From NCBI RefSeq assembly GCF_001194135.2, contig NC_068984.1, forward strand, positions 56,645,740 through 56,709,739: a stretch of DNA of 64,000 bases, in the 5' to 3' direction. Positions 27,401 through 40,480 of the stretch are shown one piece after another. The first letter of the stretch is position 1, and every line of letters starts with the position of its first letter. This DNA is from Octopus bimaculoides (lineage: Eukaryota). The notes under the pieces are model-generated. The model saw only the letters and a list, made by a program, of their open reading frames with translations. It was not told the DNA's origin and did no database searches. The translations under genes and the position numbers were made by a program.

Positions 27401-28679
27401 TTTCTGAGCCTATCTAGCATGTGGCCATTAGCCCCTCTTGATATTGCCAGTGTGTCATCCCTGTAGAGGTCAAAGCTAGTTGAAAGGGATCTCCTTTTTA
27501 GTATATCTAGGATGCCAAGACCTACTAGGTTACACATATGTATATATANNNNNNNNNNNNNNNNNNNNNNNNNNNNNNNNNNNNNNNNNNNNNNNNNNNN
27601 NNNNNNNNNNNNNNNNNNNNNNNNNNNNNNNNNNNNNNNNNNNNNNNNNNNNNNNNNNNNNNNNNNNNNNNNNNNNNNNNNNNNNNNNNNNNNNNNNNNN
27701 NNNNNNNNNNNNNNNNNNNNNNNNNNNNNNNNNNNNNNNNNNNNNNNNNNNNNNNNNNNNNNNNNNNNNNNNNNNNNNNNNNNNNNNNNNNNNNNNNNNN
27801 NNNNNNNNNNNNNNNNNNNNNNNNNNNNNNNNNNNNNNNNNNNNNNNNNNNNNNNNNNNNNNNNNNNNNNNNNNNNNNNNNNNNNNNNNNNNNNNNNNNN
27901 NNNNNNNNNNNNNNNNNNNNNNNNNNNNNNNNNNNNNNNNNNNNNNNNNNNNNNNNNNNNNNNNNNNNNNNNNNNNNNNNNNNNNNNNNNNNNNNNNNNN
28001 NNNNNNNNNNNNNNNNNNNNNNNNNNNNNNNNNNNNNNNNNNNNNNNNNNNNNNNNNNNNNNNNNNNNNNNNNNNNNNNNNNNNNNNNNNNNNNNNNNNN
28101 NNNNNNNNNNNNNNNNNNNNNNNNNNNNNNNNNNNNNATGCCCTTATTTAAACTTAATAATATGGTAAAATCAAATGAAAATAAAAATAAATAACAAATC
28201 TTTTGTTTACAAAATAGCCTTCTACAAGTAAAGAGAAAGAGTTGTATCAAGAGAGGAAAGAAAAAAGTAATACAGTGAAGGAGAGGCAGAGAGAGTAATA
28301 GCCATGATTGAGAGAGTGAGAGAAAATAATGACCCTTTGAGAAAGTAGTGTGGAGTGTATCTTCTGTTCTCAACATATGAATGAGAAAGGAAGGGGCGAA
28401 TAAAGTAAAAGACAGCCATTCAACTTCGTGTGAGTATATGTATGTACGTGTGTAAATGTAAAAAGGAAGGTATGTGAAGGTTTGTGTGTGTATGCATGTG
28501 TGTGGGAATGTATGAGTTCCAGCATAATGGAAACGTACAACTCTGAAGATAAAAACTGACATCATTCCAATTTTGTGTATGTGTATGTATGTGTGTGATT
28601 GGGAAATATTTGAATGCTTGTATCTGTGATTGTTTTGTACTCCATTTTGTATCTTGTTTAAATAACAATTAGCTATCAA

Positions 28680-29115
28680 TTATAAACAGCACGGGGTCAG
28701 CTAATAAATAAATACAGAAATAACAAAATGGTAGTAAGATAATTAAATGAATTAAATGTAAAAATCCGCTGACTCACAAACACAGATGGACCAAAATTAA
28801 AATACTCACAATATCTTAAAAATTAAATTTAAAGAAAAAACCAAGCTAAAGGAACCAATGAGAGTAGTAAAAAAAACCAAAGGGTGAAACCGAAATTATC
28901 AAAATCTCAAAAACCATTAAATCATAAAACCATTAAAAACAACCATTAAATCATAACATAAAATAATAACAAAACCTTATTTAAAATTTTTAAACACGCA
29001 TTTATTCTTATGAACAGAGAAACAACCCCTTTCAGATTTAGAGTTTAGCATCCTTCTTCTAGAAAACAGAATCTAAAATAATTCCTCAGAACAAACAAGG
29101 CACAACTTATTAACA
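28680..29115 (-). mobile_element. Penelope-like 3' fragment
   Basis: Minus strand ..LCSEELF*IL..MLNSKSE.. resembles the Penelope LC..EK..I...LN.KSE terminus; A-rich flank. Confidence 0.5.
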
Positions 29116-29139
29116 ATCCTATAAATATTTGTGTGTGTA

Positions 29140-29510
29140 TATCATCATCATTGTTTAACGTCCACTTTCCATGCTGGCATGGGTTGGACGATTTGACTGA
29201 GGACTGGCAAACCAGATGGCTGCACCGGGCTCCAATCTGATCTGGCAGAGTTTCTACAGCTGCATGCCTTTCCTAATGCCAACCACTCCAAGAGTGTAGT
29301 GGGTGCTTTTACGTGACAGTGGCACAAGGGCCAGTCAGATGGTACTGGCAACGGCCATGCTCAAATGGTGTTTTTTACATGCCACCTGCACAGGAGCCAG
29401 TCCAGCGGCACTGGCAATGACCTTGCTTGAGTATTTTTTCACATGCCACTTGCACGAGTGCCAATCAGCTGCGCTGGCAACGATCACGCTTAGATGGTGT
29501 TCTTAGTGCT
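29140..29510 (-). mobile_element. RTE-type 3' end with (ATG)n tail, 3-4 UTR units
   Basis: Same terminus as the copies at 3886, 7273 and 63103. Confidence 0.85.
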
Positions 29511-29773
29511 CCATTTCTCCATTTTTTTCGTCCTTGTTTTTGTATACATTAGTTTGCTTTCTTCCAAAGAATCTAGTGCTCCTAGCTTTGATTTTCTGGT
29601 GGTCAGCCAGATTAGAGTAGTCTTGGCCAAGGCTGAAAAGATGATCTTGTACTCGACCGAAGATTGAAAGCTCCGAATGACCCGTCCTTGTGTTTCCCTG
29701 ACATTTTTTGTATTGTCTAACTGTCCGAATGTTTTGGTGTTGCCCATTATGTTCTTGTTCCATTTTTTGTTTT

Positions 29774-29840
<67 letters not shown>

Positions 29841-30465
29841 ATTAGAACATGGAGAAACCACAGATTAAGAAACACATTGATTGGACCACATATATAGCTT
29901 ATTTTGAATACAAAGCATGATATAACAAAATAGGTGATGTAACATATCTTATGGCTGTTTCTGTTTGGTTACCAAAATGCTGTCTATAAGTAAATGCGAG
30001 AATAAAGTTCTTCATCTTCATAGGGCATTCAATTTAAGGCAACAGAGATTCATCAGAGTAAAAAACAAGAGCATACAATATAAACAAAGGGAAGAAGTAA
30101 AAGGAAAGAAAACATGGCCTAGACAAATGGTCTGGAAGCCCCAATATGTTAAGAACATATAATATACCATCAAGGGGCTAACAGGGTCTGTAGGTAAAAG
30201 AGTGAACTAGTAACGGTCTAGGGAATACTACAATTTATTACTGGGTAGGTGCAATTTGAAGGGGTGGGGTTCAGTATGTTTGAAAAAAGAAGTTATCAAG
30301 AAACTATATATATGGAAAATACTAACATGATATCAAAGGGTGATACCTATGCTAACAGAGTAAACTCAAGAAAAAGTAAGCCACCAACGGAGCCACAAAT
30401 GCAAAATATAAGTTAGTCCTAGAGCGCACAATGTTCCTGAATGTCGGCAATGGTCTTCCTCGGTC
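29510..30465 (-). mobile_element. Probable Penelope-like 5' region / pseudo-LTR
   Basis: Lies among Penelope fragments; contains catatcttatggctgtttctgtttggttacc and a CTGATGA core on the minus strand; the 29500-29760 ORF fragments could be an N-terminus. The family call is from recall, not a search. Confidence 0.4.
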
Positions 30466-30558
30466 ACATATATATATATATGTATATTCAAATTTGTGTG
30501 TGTATACATACATATATATATCGTCATATTTGTGTATATAAATATATATATTCATATT

Positions 30559-30595
<37 letters not shown>

Positions 30596-31759
30596 TTCAA
30601 TTTGTAGCTTAGAATTAGCTTGATTGCGTCTTCATATGAACATATACTTCTTAAACTTTCAAAAGTAGTTTATCTCATGATTTTAGGGGGTTTTTTCATT
30701 GTCATTTAACTGTCTGATATTTAATATTTTAACATTTCAGTTATAGATATTGATTTTTGTCAGTTCTTCATTTATATGCAATACACTGTCAGCTTACTGT
30801 CAATTGCTTTTGGCACTATATTATTCTTTTATACTAATGTATTTTCCATTTTGGTAATTTTTGCTGTAAATATACAAATGCTGCGTTCTAGAAGTTTAAC
30901 TATTAGTGAGTACTTATAAGAAATCAGAACTGAAATATCAGTCGGTTTCTCAGTTGGACATAACATTTGGAATTTGCATGGGAACATGAAATTAAATTGT
31001 GTAACCTTCATGCCTTTCTCAAAGACATTGTAAAGGAGGAGAAACACTTCCATTCTGGAATCAAAAGCGTCTCACACAAAGCCAAAAAGCATATCTATAT
31101 CTTGAGAAACACTAGATAGTGTAAAGTAGAATCTTCTGGAATCCTCTGAAGAAACTGATAATGGTCTGAATAGACAAAATATCAATCAAAAGATGAGCAA
31201 AGGAGGAAAAGTGTTCTTTTGGCTACAAACTAGTGATTTACATCACCTTTTCCTCTTTTTCTCACTCACAAACTAACTGCAAGGCTTGAAATTTTAAACT
31301 CTACACTACTTGCTGCAAATGGATTTCATGTATCTTTCATTCAAACCTTATAACATATTTTTTACTTAACAGAAATATGTTAACATAATTATTATTTTAC
31401 CTGAGATTATGGAAATTTTCCTTCTCTGAAGTTGATGTTTAGTATATGCTATGTTTGTGTGGTTACATGATTGGAATGTTTTATATCCTGCCACAGGCTG
31501 GTATAGATAAATTATGCAGCAGAAGTTTAATCAATGTGTTCACACAACATACTTCATGAGACTACCAAAATGCTCTCTCTCCGACAACTACCAACTAGTA
31601 CCGACCACTACTCTTTATAAGAGTTCGGGTAGTCCATTCATCCAGTACCCCAGGGGTGTCAATGACTCTCGCCACAACATCTCCACCTTTGAGATTGACT
31701 TCCATTGGAAGTTAATATTATTTTTATTTATTTTTCTTTCATTACAGTTCCCTTTTTGA

Positions 31760-33902
31760 GATTTTCCTCCTAGAGAAGTTTAATATTTCTTCAGTTTAAG
31801 CACTACTTCCAACTGTTCTGTTTGCTTTCTGTTTCTTGTGCTGCTCTGACTAGGTTCGATTTTTTGTGCTGTTGGAACATCAAAGGTGTCATAGAATACT
31901 TCCGTGGTTATCTCTTATCTTTTTTCCATATGTCTATATTTTAGCTGGTTTAAATTCCTTTTGTGTTCCCATTTGTCACCTCTTATCATAAATATCATTT
32001 TACCTATTCTTTTTGTTACTACTCTGTCTTCCCGACCTTGTGTTCCATTTTTATATATTTTGAAAAATACCTTGTCACTGATATAATAGACTTTGTCATA
32101 TTTTTAGTGTTTTCCCTATTTGTTTTTCTTACTGGTAGCAGTTTGTCAAAAATTGACTTTATTTTTTGAGCAAACATTAATTCTACAGGTGACTTACTTG
32201 AAAAAACGTTTGGGCTCGGTGTTATCCTATAAACCCTCAAGAATTGCACCAATGCTGTGTCATCGACTACCATGTTTCTTGATTTCTTTAATGCTCTTGT
32301 AATACTTCGACCGTGCGAACCAAAGGAGATGGTGACGTAGACGGTAAAGGCTCCTTTTTACCATGTCGCACGGTCAAACACAAAATAACATAATACAAGA
32401 TAGAAGGCTCGTCGTGAGATATGAGCCATAGTGCCAGTAAAAGAACTTAGGACAAACTCAACCGTTAGATATATAATGAGAATAAATTTATTAACAAAGT
32501 GAAACTGTTTGTCTGTGTGCGCGTGCATGCAGCATATAAAATTAACACAGTAGATAAATCAGGCCTTGATGTACAAGAGAAGGTATACAACAATGTTAAG
32601 TGACAGACAGTCATATAAGCAATAGTGTGTGTACAATAAGTGAGAGTACAAGTGTGCATGTGAATGAGAGGAAACACAGAACATAGAAAGAGTGTCTGTA
32701 ACATAGACAGTAAAAGGTCTCAAATAGAGAAAACCAGTTCATATAAGAGTTACACAAGGAGATAGAATATTCATACACAGGAAGTTGTGGCCAAGGAGCA
32801 GAGCTGTAGTATCACACTATGTGTGTTGAGCGTCGAATGCTGCGACCTGTGTTACCTGGTATAGTATATTCTCGCTGGTTAGTTCTGATTGTTGATCGTG
32901 AGTGGAAACATCCACTCAAACAGGGTCAAGATAAAACTGCGCTTGTTGATGTTGGTGTTGCTGGCAACAACAATGGTAGACAGTGCATTGGTGGTGTAGA
33001 CGTCGGCGCTGGAACTGGCTGTAGCTGTGTTCTGTATATGTGTGGTCAACGACCAGACCTGTGAGAGATCTGAAATCAAAGACAGTATGTGTGGTCAACG
33101 ACCAGACCTGTGAGAGATCTGAAATCGAAGACGTGTGTCGTCGTTGGATCGGGCTTATTTATAGGCAAAAAAGGGCTCACCGGAAACCCAGTAAAACTCT
33201 CTATCACATGACTTATCTGAAGCCGTCGATTGGATGTAATGCCCCCTTAGCAAGCAGAACAAGGGGACAATTGCCACGCAAAATAAGAACCAATCAGGAT
33301 GGTGGACAGAAGGGTCCAAGGCAACCGAAGGCTAGATGTTAGCAGCTTCATTATCATTTGTGATTGAATGCCCGAGAGAGAGAGAGGTTTCACTACACTC
33401 TTTTAAATGTCTTCACAAACCTTTCCACTTGCCCATTAGATCTTGGGTGATATGGTGGAGTAGTAATATGTTCAATTGAGTACATCTTGCAAAGATTCTT
33501 AAATTCATTCACCGTGAATTTTGTATCGTTATCAGAGACTACGGTATCTGGGACACCATACCTAGCAAAAAGTTCATGCAGAAATTCGACTGTTACCATG
33601 GATGTTGGTTTGCTACATTTACACATTTCTGGCCATTTAGTAAAGCTATCTACCACTACTAGATAATATGATTGGTTTAACGGTCCTGTGAAGTTTATGT
33701 GTATTCTGGACCATGGAATATCGGTTTTGGGCCAAAGTTGAAATTTTATAGGTGGTGACTTTGCTGCAAGAACACATCCTCTGCAGGATTTTACTAGCTT
33801 CTTGATATCTAGATCCATTTTTGGCCAGTAAACATAACTCCTCATAAGCAATTTCATTCTAGAATTCCTGGATGTCCAGTGTGGAATTCCTTTAACATTC
33901 AA
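31760..33902 (-). pseudogene. Gypsy integrase, split by a solo LTR
   Basis: H..SRMKLLMRSYVYWP..C..C zinc finger, RIHINFTGP, SDNDTKF, PYHPRSNGQVERFVKTFKR|ALKK, FLRVYRITP..SPVELMF. Confidence 0.92.
32298..33397 (-). mobile_element. Solo LTR (1100 bp) of a second, younger LTR element
   Basis: TGTA...TACA ends with a 4-bp TSD CTCT on both sides; removing it restores integrase FKRALKK; TATAAATA (minus) at 33156-33163; AATAAA at 32487-32492 (minus); CpGs retained. Confidence 0.88.
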
Positions 33903-33953
33903 CCTTGTAGTGGGATAGGCATTACCACCTCCTGTACATACATAAGCACATTA

Positions 33954-35340
33954 TCACATCAAATACAATTTCGAAACCATGTTATGTCCAGCAACATGTA
34001 TTTTCTTATATGTTTCTCCTGATCTCATTATTTTTCTCATTTTTATGATAAACTCATCTGTCTCTGCCTTATTTTTTATTTCCCCCAATGTCATAGGCAA
34101 CTCACACACAACATTGCACAATATATTTTTTATTTCATTTTTAGCTTTTAACATTACTATTACTATGTCTTCTAGTGGTTTACTGTATTTTGGTATTAAT
34201 CTTGACAAACCATCTGCTTGTTCCAATTTTTTCGATGGCAAATACTCTATCTTGAAATTGTAATCCAGTAGGATCGTTCTTCAGTGCTGCAATCTGTTGG
34301 CTGTATGAGTGGGGATACACTTTTTTGATTCATAAATTGACAATAATGGGTGGTGGTCTGTCTGCATATAGAACCTTCTTCCATGTATCAATTCATGGAA
34401 TTGTTTACTGCATATATGATGGCTAATGACTCTTTTTCTATTTGACTGTAGCTTTTCTCAGCCAGCAATAATGAACACGAAGCATGAGCTACTGATTTCA
34501 GGCTACCATCTTCATACTTGTGTAAAATCACAGCTCCAATACCACTTTCACTAGCATCTGCTGCCACTACTATTTCTAAATTCATGTCAAAATGTGATAA
34601 CGACAATTCCGACATTAAGACGTTTTTAATTTTTTCAAAAGCTTTTTGGCATTTGTTCAGCCAGTTCCACTTAATGTCTTTTTTTAATAAGTTATTCAGG
34701 GGTGCTCTTAAATTGTGCATATTAGGTATGTATACCTGGTAGTAATTTGCAAGCCCCAGAAATACTTGTAACGTTGTAATGTTCATCCAGGAGAGGCATA
34801 TTTTTTATTGCACTTGCTCTAGACGGGTCTGGTCTGCATCCATTTTCATCAATAATCTGCCCTAGATATTTTATTCTTGGCATTAAAAATTTCACATTTT
34901 TCTTCACTGAGCTTAAAACCATATTCTTTTATTCTATTGGAGACTTTTTTAACATGCTCAGCATGCTGTACTCGAGATTCAGTTTTTATGAGTATGTCAT
35001 CAAGGTAAGCTACAGTTAAATCTGAACCTGCAGGTATAATGTCCATAATTTGTGGGTGTCGATTAAATTTATGTAACCCTGTATGGGTACTTATTGTCGA
35101 TAATTTTGAACATTCCTCATCAATTTTTACCTACAAATTACACTTCAGCTAGGTCCAACTTTGAAAAAGATTTTCTTCCATTCAACTTTGCGAAAATTTC
35201 TTCCAGACTAGGTAACGGGTAATTATATGGCATCACACATTCGTTTAATCTCATTAAGAAATCAGTGCATACTCGGATTTCTTTTTTTCTTGACATAAAC
35301 TGTAGGGGACACCCATTTTGAGTAATCAATTTTTTCAATA
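33954..35340 (-). pseudogene. Gypsy reverse transcriptase and RNase H (frameshifted)
   Basis: YPLPSLEEIFAKLNGRKSFSKLDL, VAYLDDILI, FLGLANYY, AADASESGIGAVIL, YSQIEKESLAII, QADGLSRL. Confidence 0.92.
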
Positions 35341-35666
35341 ATTGCCAAACTTTTCAAGTCTTATCCAATTCTTCGTTGACTTGTTTCCATGCTGCAAAAG
35401 GTACCATTCTTTTTGGTTTAAATACCAATGTAGTGTTTTCTTTCACTTGAAACTTCAGAGAAAATTTTGTTTTAATTCTGTTTTTAAATTCTCCGACACC
35501 TTATTTGTACTGGCAGAAGAACCATTTACACTCTTACAAAAAATATTTATGGGTAGGTCCCATAAGTTAAACAGTTCCACCCAGTCTGTTCTAAATAAAT
35601 TTGTCATATTTTTCAACCATAAACTTTGGCTTTCAAAGTTTTTTCCACAGAATATAACATCACTTA

Positions 35667-36822
35667 TTATTTTGCCCATAAAATGCAGTTTTTTCCCTGA
35701 AACACAATTTTTGAAGTTTCCTTTAATCTAGGTTTTCCTATTTTTCTCCATGCGTCTCTATTGATTATTGTAATATCACTGCCTGTATCCATTTGTAACT
35801 TGATGTTCACGTTATTCATTTTTATGGACATAAATTTTATTTTCTGAGCCTTGCTTAGAATTATTTTTAGCAATACATTTTTTTCTAGAATTTTTTCTTG
35901 ATTGACCTTTTTTTGTTTTGCAATACAATGTGATCTTTTATGTCTGATTTTTCCACAATAAAAACATTTACAATATTTAAAAGAACAATTACTTTTAAAA
36001 TGTAAACCTCCACAGCCATAGCACAGATTTAGTCTTGCCATTCATTTTTCTTTTTTCTTATCCATTTCAGGACGACACGCATGTATCTGAGAGCAGTCTT
36101 TTTCTACAATTTTATCCACGTCATGTCTTAAATTCACAATCCCCTGGCAGTCTTCAGCCACGGCCTGTGGAATTAATTTTTGGTCCTGTTCTAATTTTGT
36201 TAATATATGGGAATATATATCAGCATCTTTTCTTGCTGTTAATCCTTGAACAAAAATTAGACATTTGAACAAATTCATTTAATTTGAATTTTTCACACTC
36301 TCTGTTAATTACCCCAGCATATCTGACGAAATCATCATCTTTTTTAACTGAATTTAAACTTTGTCAACAAGTATTGAACAGGGAACTTCTTTCACTGAAA
36401 ATTCTCAATAATAAATTAACTGTGTCATCGAAACAAATCTCACCTGATTTCTTTGGCAGAATATAGTTACAGTATTTTTCATGTTTGGGAGGGGATAACT
36501 TTCTTAAATGTAGTTGCACCTTCTTCTCATCACTCCGATTTTTACATTCTTTTTTGAAGATTTCTTTGTATCTTTGAAAATATGAAGAAAAAGTAGTACC
36601 TTCTTTTGGGTTATAAATAAATTCTCCAATTGAATTTGCTACACTGTCTGATAAGAATGAACCTGAAGTATTTTCAGCCTTCTTCAACATTACTTCCAGT
36701 AACTGTTGGTACTATTGTTGTTGTCATTGTAGTTGTTGTTATAACTGCTGTTGTTGCTGTTGCAACTGTACCACATGAGCCAAAATATCTTCCATGTTAG
36801 ATAATTTTTTCTTTGGTTTCAT
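35667..36822 (-). pseudogene. Gypsy gag and protease (frameshifted)
   Basis: Gln-rich N-terminus; FIYNPKEGTTFSSYFQRY; two CCHC knuckles CYGCGGLHFKSNC and CFYCGKIRHKRSHC; aspartic protease LQMDTGSDITII. Confidence 0.9.
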
Positions 36823-37365
36823 AACAAAAGAAAAAAATGTTAACGTCCTGCGCAAGCTTCAAATATCTCATTGCCACTTTTATATCCTACCACAGGTTGA
36901 TATAGATAAATTATGCAGCAGAGGTTTAATCAATGTGTTCACACAATGTACTTCGTGAGACTACCAAAATGCTCTCTCTCTCTGACTACTACTGACCACT
37001 ACTCTTTATAAGAGTTTGAGTAGTCCATTCTTCCAATTCCCCAGGGGTGTCAGTGACACTCACCACAACAGAATACATATCAAAATCAGAAAGAAGAAAT
37101 TTTTGAAGTCTTTGTTTTGTCATAGTTGTGAAATTGAGTTTAGTTCAAACAAATGGAATAAAATATGTTAGAATTAATAAATGGATGCACAACACAGCTT
37201 AGAACAAGTATGGTGGTTATGATTATGTACAGTTTGTTAATATAAATGAATTAACAATAATGATGAGGATCAATGAAAAAAGATGAGTTATCAGATCAAT
37301 TACATACTAATTAATTTTATCATTATTTGACTATTGTGAGAAGCCTCACTTTTGTTCTTGTTTAG

Positions 37366-37592
37366 GCTGATAATGTATTGCATAAATTAACCATTTATGA
37401 ATGTTGAATGAAAGACAGAAAGAGCATCATCACATGTGACAATAGTACAATCTGAGAAGAAGTTATTGATTCCAGAGATAAGATACTGGTAACATCCATT
37501 AGTGGGCAGCTTAGTAGAGATGCATGCAGACATAGTCAAAAGTTTTACTAATGTTGAGATTGATAGCGTTGCTTTCACCAAATTTCACAAAG
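37366..37592 (+). other. Candidate host exon, possibly carrying a start codon at 37520
   Basis: Acceptor ttttgttcttgtttag| and donor AAAG|GTAAGA; MHADIVKSFTNVEIDSVAFTKFHK ends in phase 1; no homology recognised. Confidence 0.2.
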
Positions 37593-39049
37593 GTAAGAGC
37601 CTACTGGTGGGTGATGGAGGAGAGTAGGTTAATAGTGGATCTGACTTTATGGAAAATGTGCTAGCCATGAAGGAGAGAGAGAGAGAGATTGAAGGTGTTG
37701 GAACATGTTAATGGCTTCATTACCTTATTACCTATTCACCCTCTCAGAGTTGTGGGAGCTCTTTAGTCTTGCAAGTTATCAGACAACCTCACTAGTGCTG
37801 GTGCTACAATAAAATGTATCCAGTACACAGTTAAATTAGTGTTGTTAGAATCCAGCCATAGAAACTATGCCAAGACATGAATTGATGATAATAATGACTG
37901 TATTTACTTGTAGATATTTGCTTTCTTTTTACTATTGGTATAAAAATGCTGAGCAGTGTCCATAGTTTATCCCTGGAACTGGATTTAGTTATAACTAGGT
38001 CAGGTTAGTGCAGTTTAACTCCTGAAAGTTAATTTTGATCATTGGTATTATCTGAGTGAGTAGGCCCTTTGATCAAAAGTATTTTATCTTCATTTCAAAC
38101 AGTGAACCTAAAACTATGTTATCCTTCCTTTTATAAGACTGTAATATGTGATTGGAGGAATATTTGCCAAACGTTTCATGCAGGTTGAGAAATCACATAG
38201 CAGCTCCCTCATTGACTCGTTGAAAGTTAATCATAAATATTTATGTGATTCAGAATGTATCATAAATATTGCTTTTAATATCTTTATGGAAATCATATTT
38301 AGCAGCAATTTTTCTCAATGTATGACACTTGAAATTGATATGGAAGCATTCATAGATTATTTCTTCATGTAATCTAAAACAATTTCATGTCTTTTTAATT
38401 TATATTTGTGCATTGCAAGTGCAGGTAAGCTATATCACTGTTTCATTTATCTTTACTTTATTTAACTGGAATTAGAACATTCATTAGTTAAAACTAACAC
38501 CCCAGTATGTTGCTGGTGTAGCCATTTGATTGTTCTTTGAGACAAAACACGAAGTTAACCTGCATGGGATTTGAACTTAGAATGTTGATAGACAGTACTA
38601 AATATTGAGCCTCTTACTATACATCTGTACGTGAGATTTGTTTTTAAGTCAAACTCCATATTATAATGCAACCTTTAGGCTACTAAGGACTCCTTTTTAC
38701 TGAAATGAATATTCTCATGGACTCTTGGCTTTTGAAAGTTTGGGATACTCAACAAATTTTGAACTCAGCTCTTGATCACTTAGTACTACATTTGCCAATC
38801 CCTAGGGGTCCATAGACCCTAGTTTGGGAACTCTTGTAGAATAACAGTGGGACAGTTATTTCATTGCTACAGGTAGTGATAATTCTAGCAAAATATCTAT
38901 ATCTGCTGGTAATAGCATAGATCCTTATGAGCAGCATACAGAAAAGCAGTTCCATCAATTTTTTATGACGCTCAAAGTCCCTGATGTGTCTGATCTTTTA
39001 GAATTGGTGTAAAAAAATGGATATTTACAACTAATATGAAATGAAGAAT

Positions 39050-39382
39050 CCAGGTGACAACAGAATCGAAGAGAAAGAAGAATAAAAAGTGAACACCTAT
39101 GAAGAATTGAAATGGGAAATACACAGGTGGTGGGCAATAAAGAAAGTAGATGTGATACCAATAGTAATTGGTGCACTTGAAAGCATCAGTACTCAACTAC
39201 CAACATGGCTCAAAAAGGTTGAAACAAATGTAAAAATAGAACACAATCAAAAATTATCATTGCTTAGAACTCAAGAGTTCTCTGCAGGGTTCTTGAAGCA
39301 TGATCAGTAAACAAGTGTTGCCTTTGTCTGTTGGCTGTCACTTTCCTTCACACCTAGCAAAATAAGCTGAGTGTTTTCATGA

Positions 39383-39413
<31 letters not shown>
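39050..39413 (+). mobile_element. R4/Dong-like (RLE) non-LTR retrotransposon 3' end with (TAA)n tail
   Basis: PGDNRIEEKEE*KVNTYEELKWEIHRWW..VIPIVIGALES resembles the C-terminus of restriction-like-endonuclease LINEs; followed by (TAA)n. Confidence 0.75.
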
Positions 39414-39416
<3 letters not shown>

Positions 39417-39857
39417 CCTACTGTAGGCACGAGTCCTGAAATTTGTGAGGAGGGAACTAGTTGATTACATCAACTCCAATGTTTCACTGGTACTTAATTT
39501 ATTGACCCCGAAAAGATGAAAGGTAAAGTTGACTTTGGCGGAATTTGAACTCAGAACATAAAAACAGACAGAATGCCAATAGGCATTTTGCTTGGTGTGG
39601 TAATGATTTTGTCAGCTCGCCAACTTAATAATAATAATAATAGTTTCAAATTTTGCCACAAGGGTAGCCATTTTGGGGGAGGGGATAAGGTGGTTACATC
39701 AACCTCCAGTGTTTCACTGGTACTTAATTTATTGACCCAGAATGGATGAAAGGCAAAGTCGACCTCAGTGGAATTTGAACTCAGAACATAGCGATAGGCG
39801 AAATACCGCTAAGCATTTCATGCAACACGCTAACAATTCTGCCAGCTCCTCGCCTTA
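39414..39857 (-). mobile_element. Two tandem SINE family 2 copies (39414-39626, 39643-39857) separated by (TAA)n
   Basis: Near-identical cores ccagtgtttcactggtacttaatttattgaccc..aaagg.aaagt.gac.t..g.ggaatttgaactcagaacata; B-box-like GTTCAAATTCC on the minus strand. Confidence 0.85.
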
Positions 39858-40093
39858 ATAATAATGATAGATATAGAGGAAAACATACTGTTAGTTTTGC
39901 TCATATAAATGAATTCACATATATGTTTATCCATGTTATCATTGATGTTGAAAAGAATTTGTATATAAGATATATTAACTATCTCATTTTTATCAATTCA
40001 CTATCATGATCACACTTTCAAACATGCACAATAAGAAAAATATTATTTTGTATACAATGCAGTTTATTGTGTTGACAACAGCTTTGTAAAAAT

Positions 40094-40095
<2 letters not shown>

Positions 40096-40140
<45 letters not shown>

Positions 40141-40480
40141 ACATTTGTTTTCTATGCTGGCATGGGTTGCACAGTTTGACAGGAGCTGGAAAGCCAGAGG
40201 ACTGTGGCAAATTCTACTGTCAGCTTTGGCAGAGCTTCTACAGCTGGATGCCCCTCTTAATGCTAGTTACTTTGTAGAGTGTACTGGGTGCTTTTTCATG
40301 GCACCAGCACCAGTGAGGTTACCAAACAACTTTCAAGATAAGGAACCCTCAATCGAGTAGGGTAGATGTATTGAGAGAGGTGGCTTCATGTCAGATGATG
40401 AGAGGTGAAAGTATTGTAGAGGGAGAGAAACAGGTGTCTTGTTGTAGAAGAGATAAATGACTACCCTAGTTGGAAAGGAT
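40096..40480 (-). mobile_element. SINE/LINE 3' end with long (ATG)n tail
   Basis: (CAT)x15 then ctatgctggcatgggttgcacagtttgacaggagc; related to 45328-45745. Confidence 0.75.

Larger units (their letters stand above)
31477..37070 (-). mobile_element. Ty3/Gypsy LTR retrotransposon (Mag-like), full length but decayed
   Basis: LTRs 31477-31679 and about 36878-37070 (roughly 88-90% identical by eye); PBS TGGCAATGAG next to the 5' LTR; PPT AAAGGTGGAGA next to the 3' LTR; domain order gag-PR-RT-RNaseH-IN. Confidence 0.95.

Noticed and set aside
30950-31120. Protein-like open frame HLEFAWEHEIKLCNLHAFLKDIVKEEKHF..
   Set aside because: About 50 codons bounded by stops, with no splice sites or recognisable motif.
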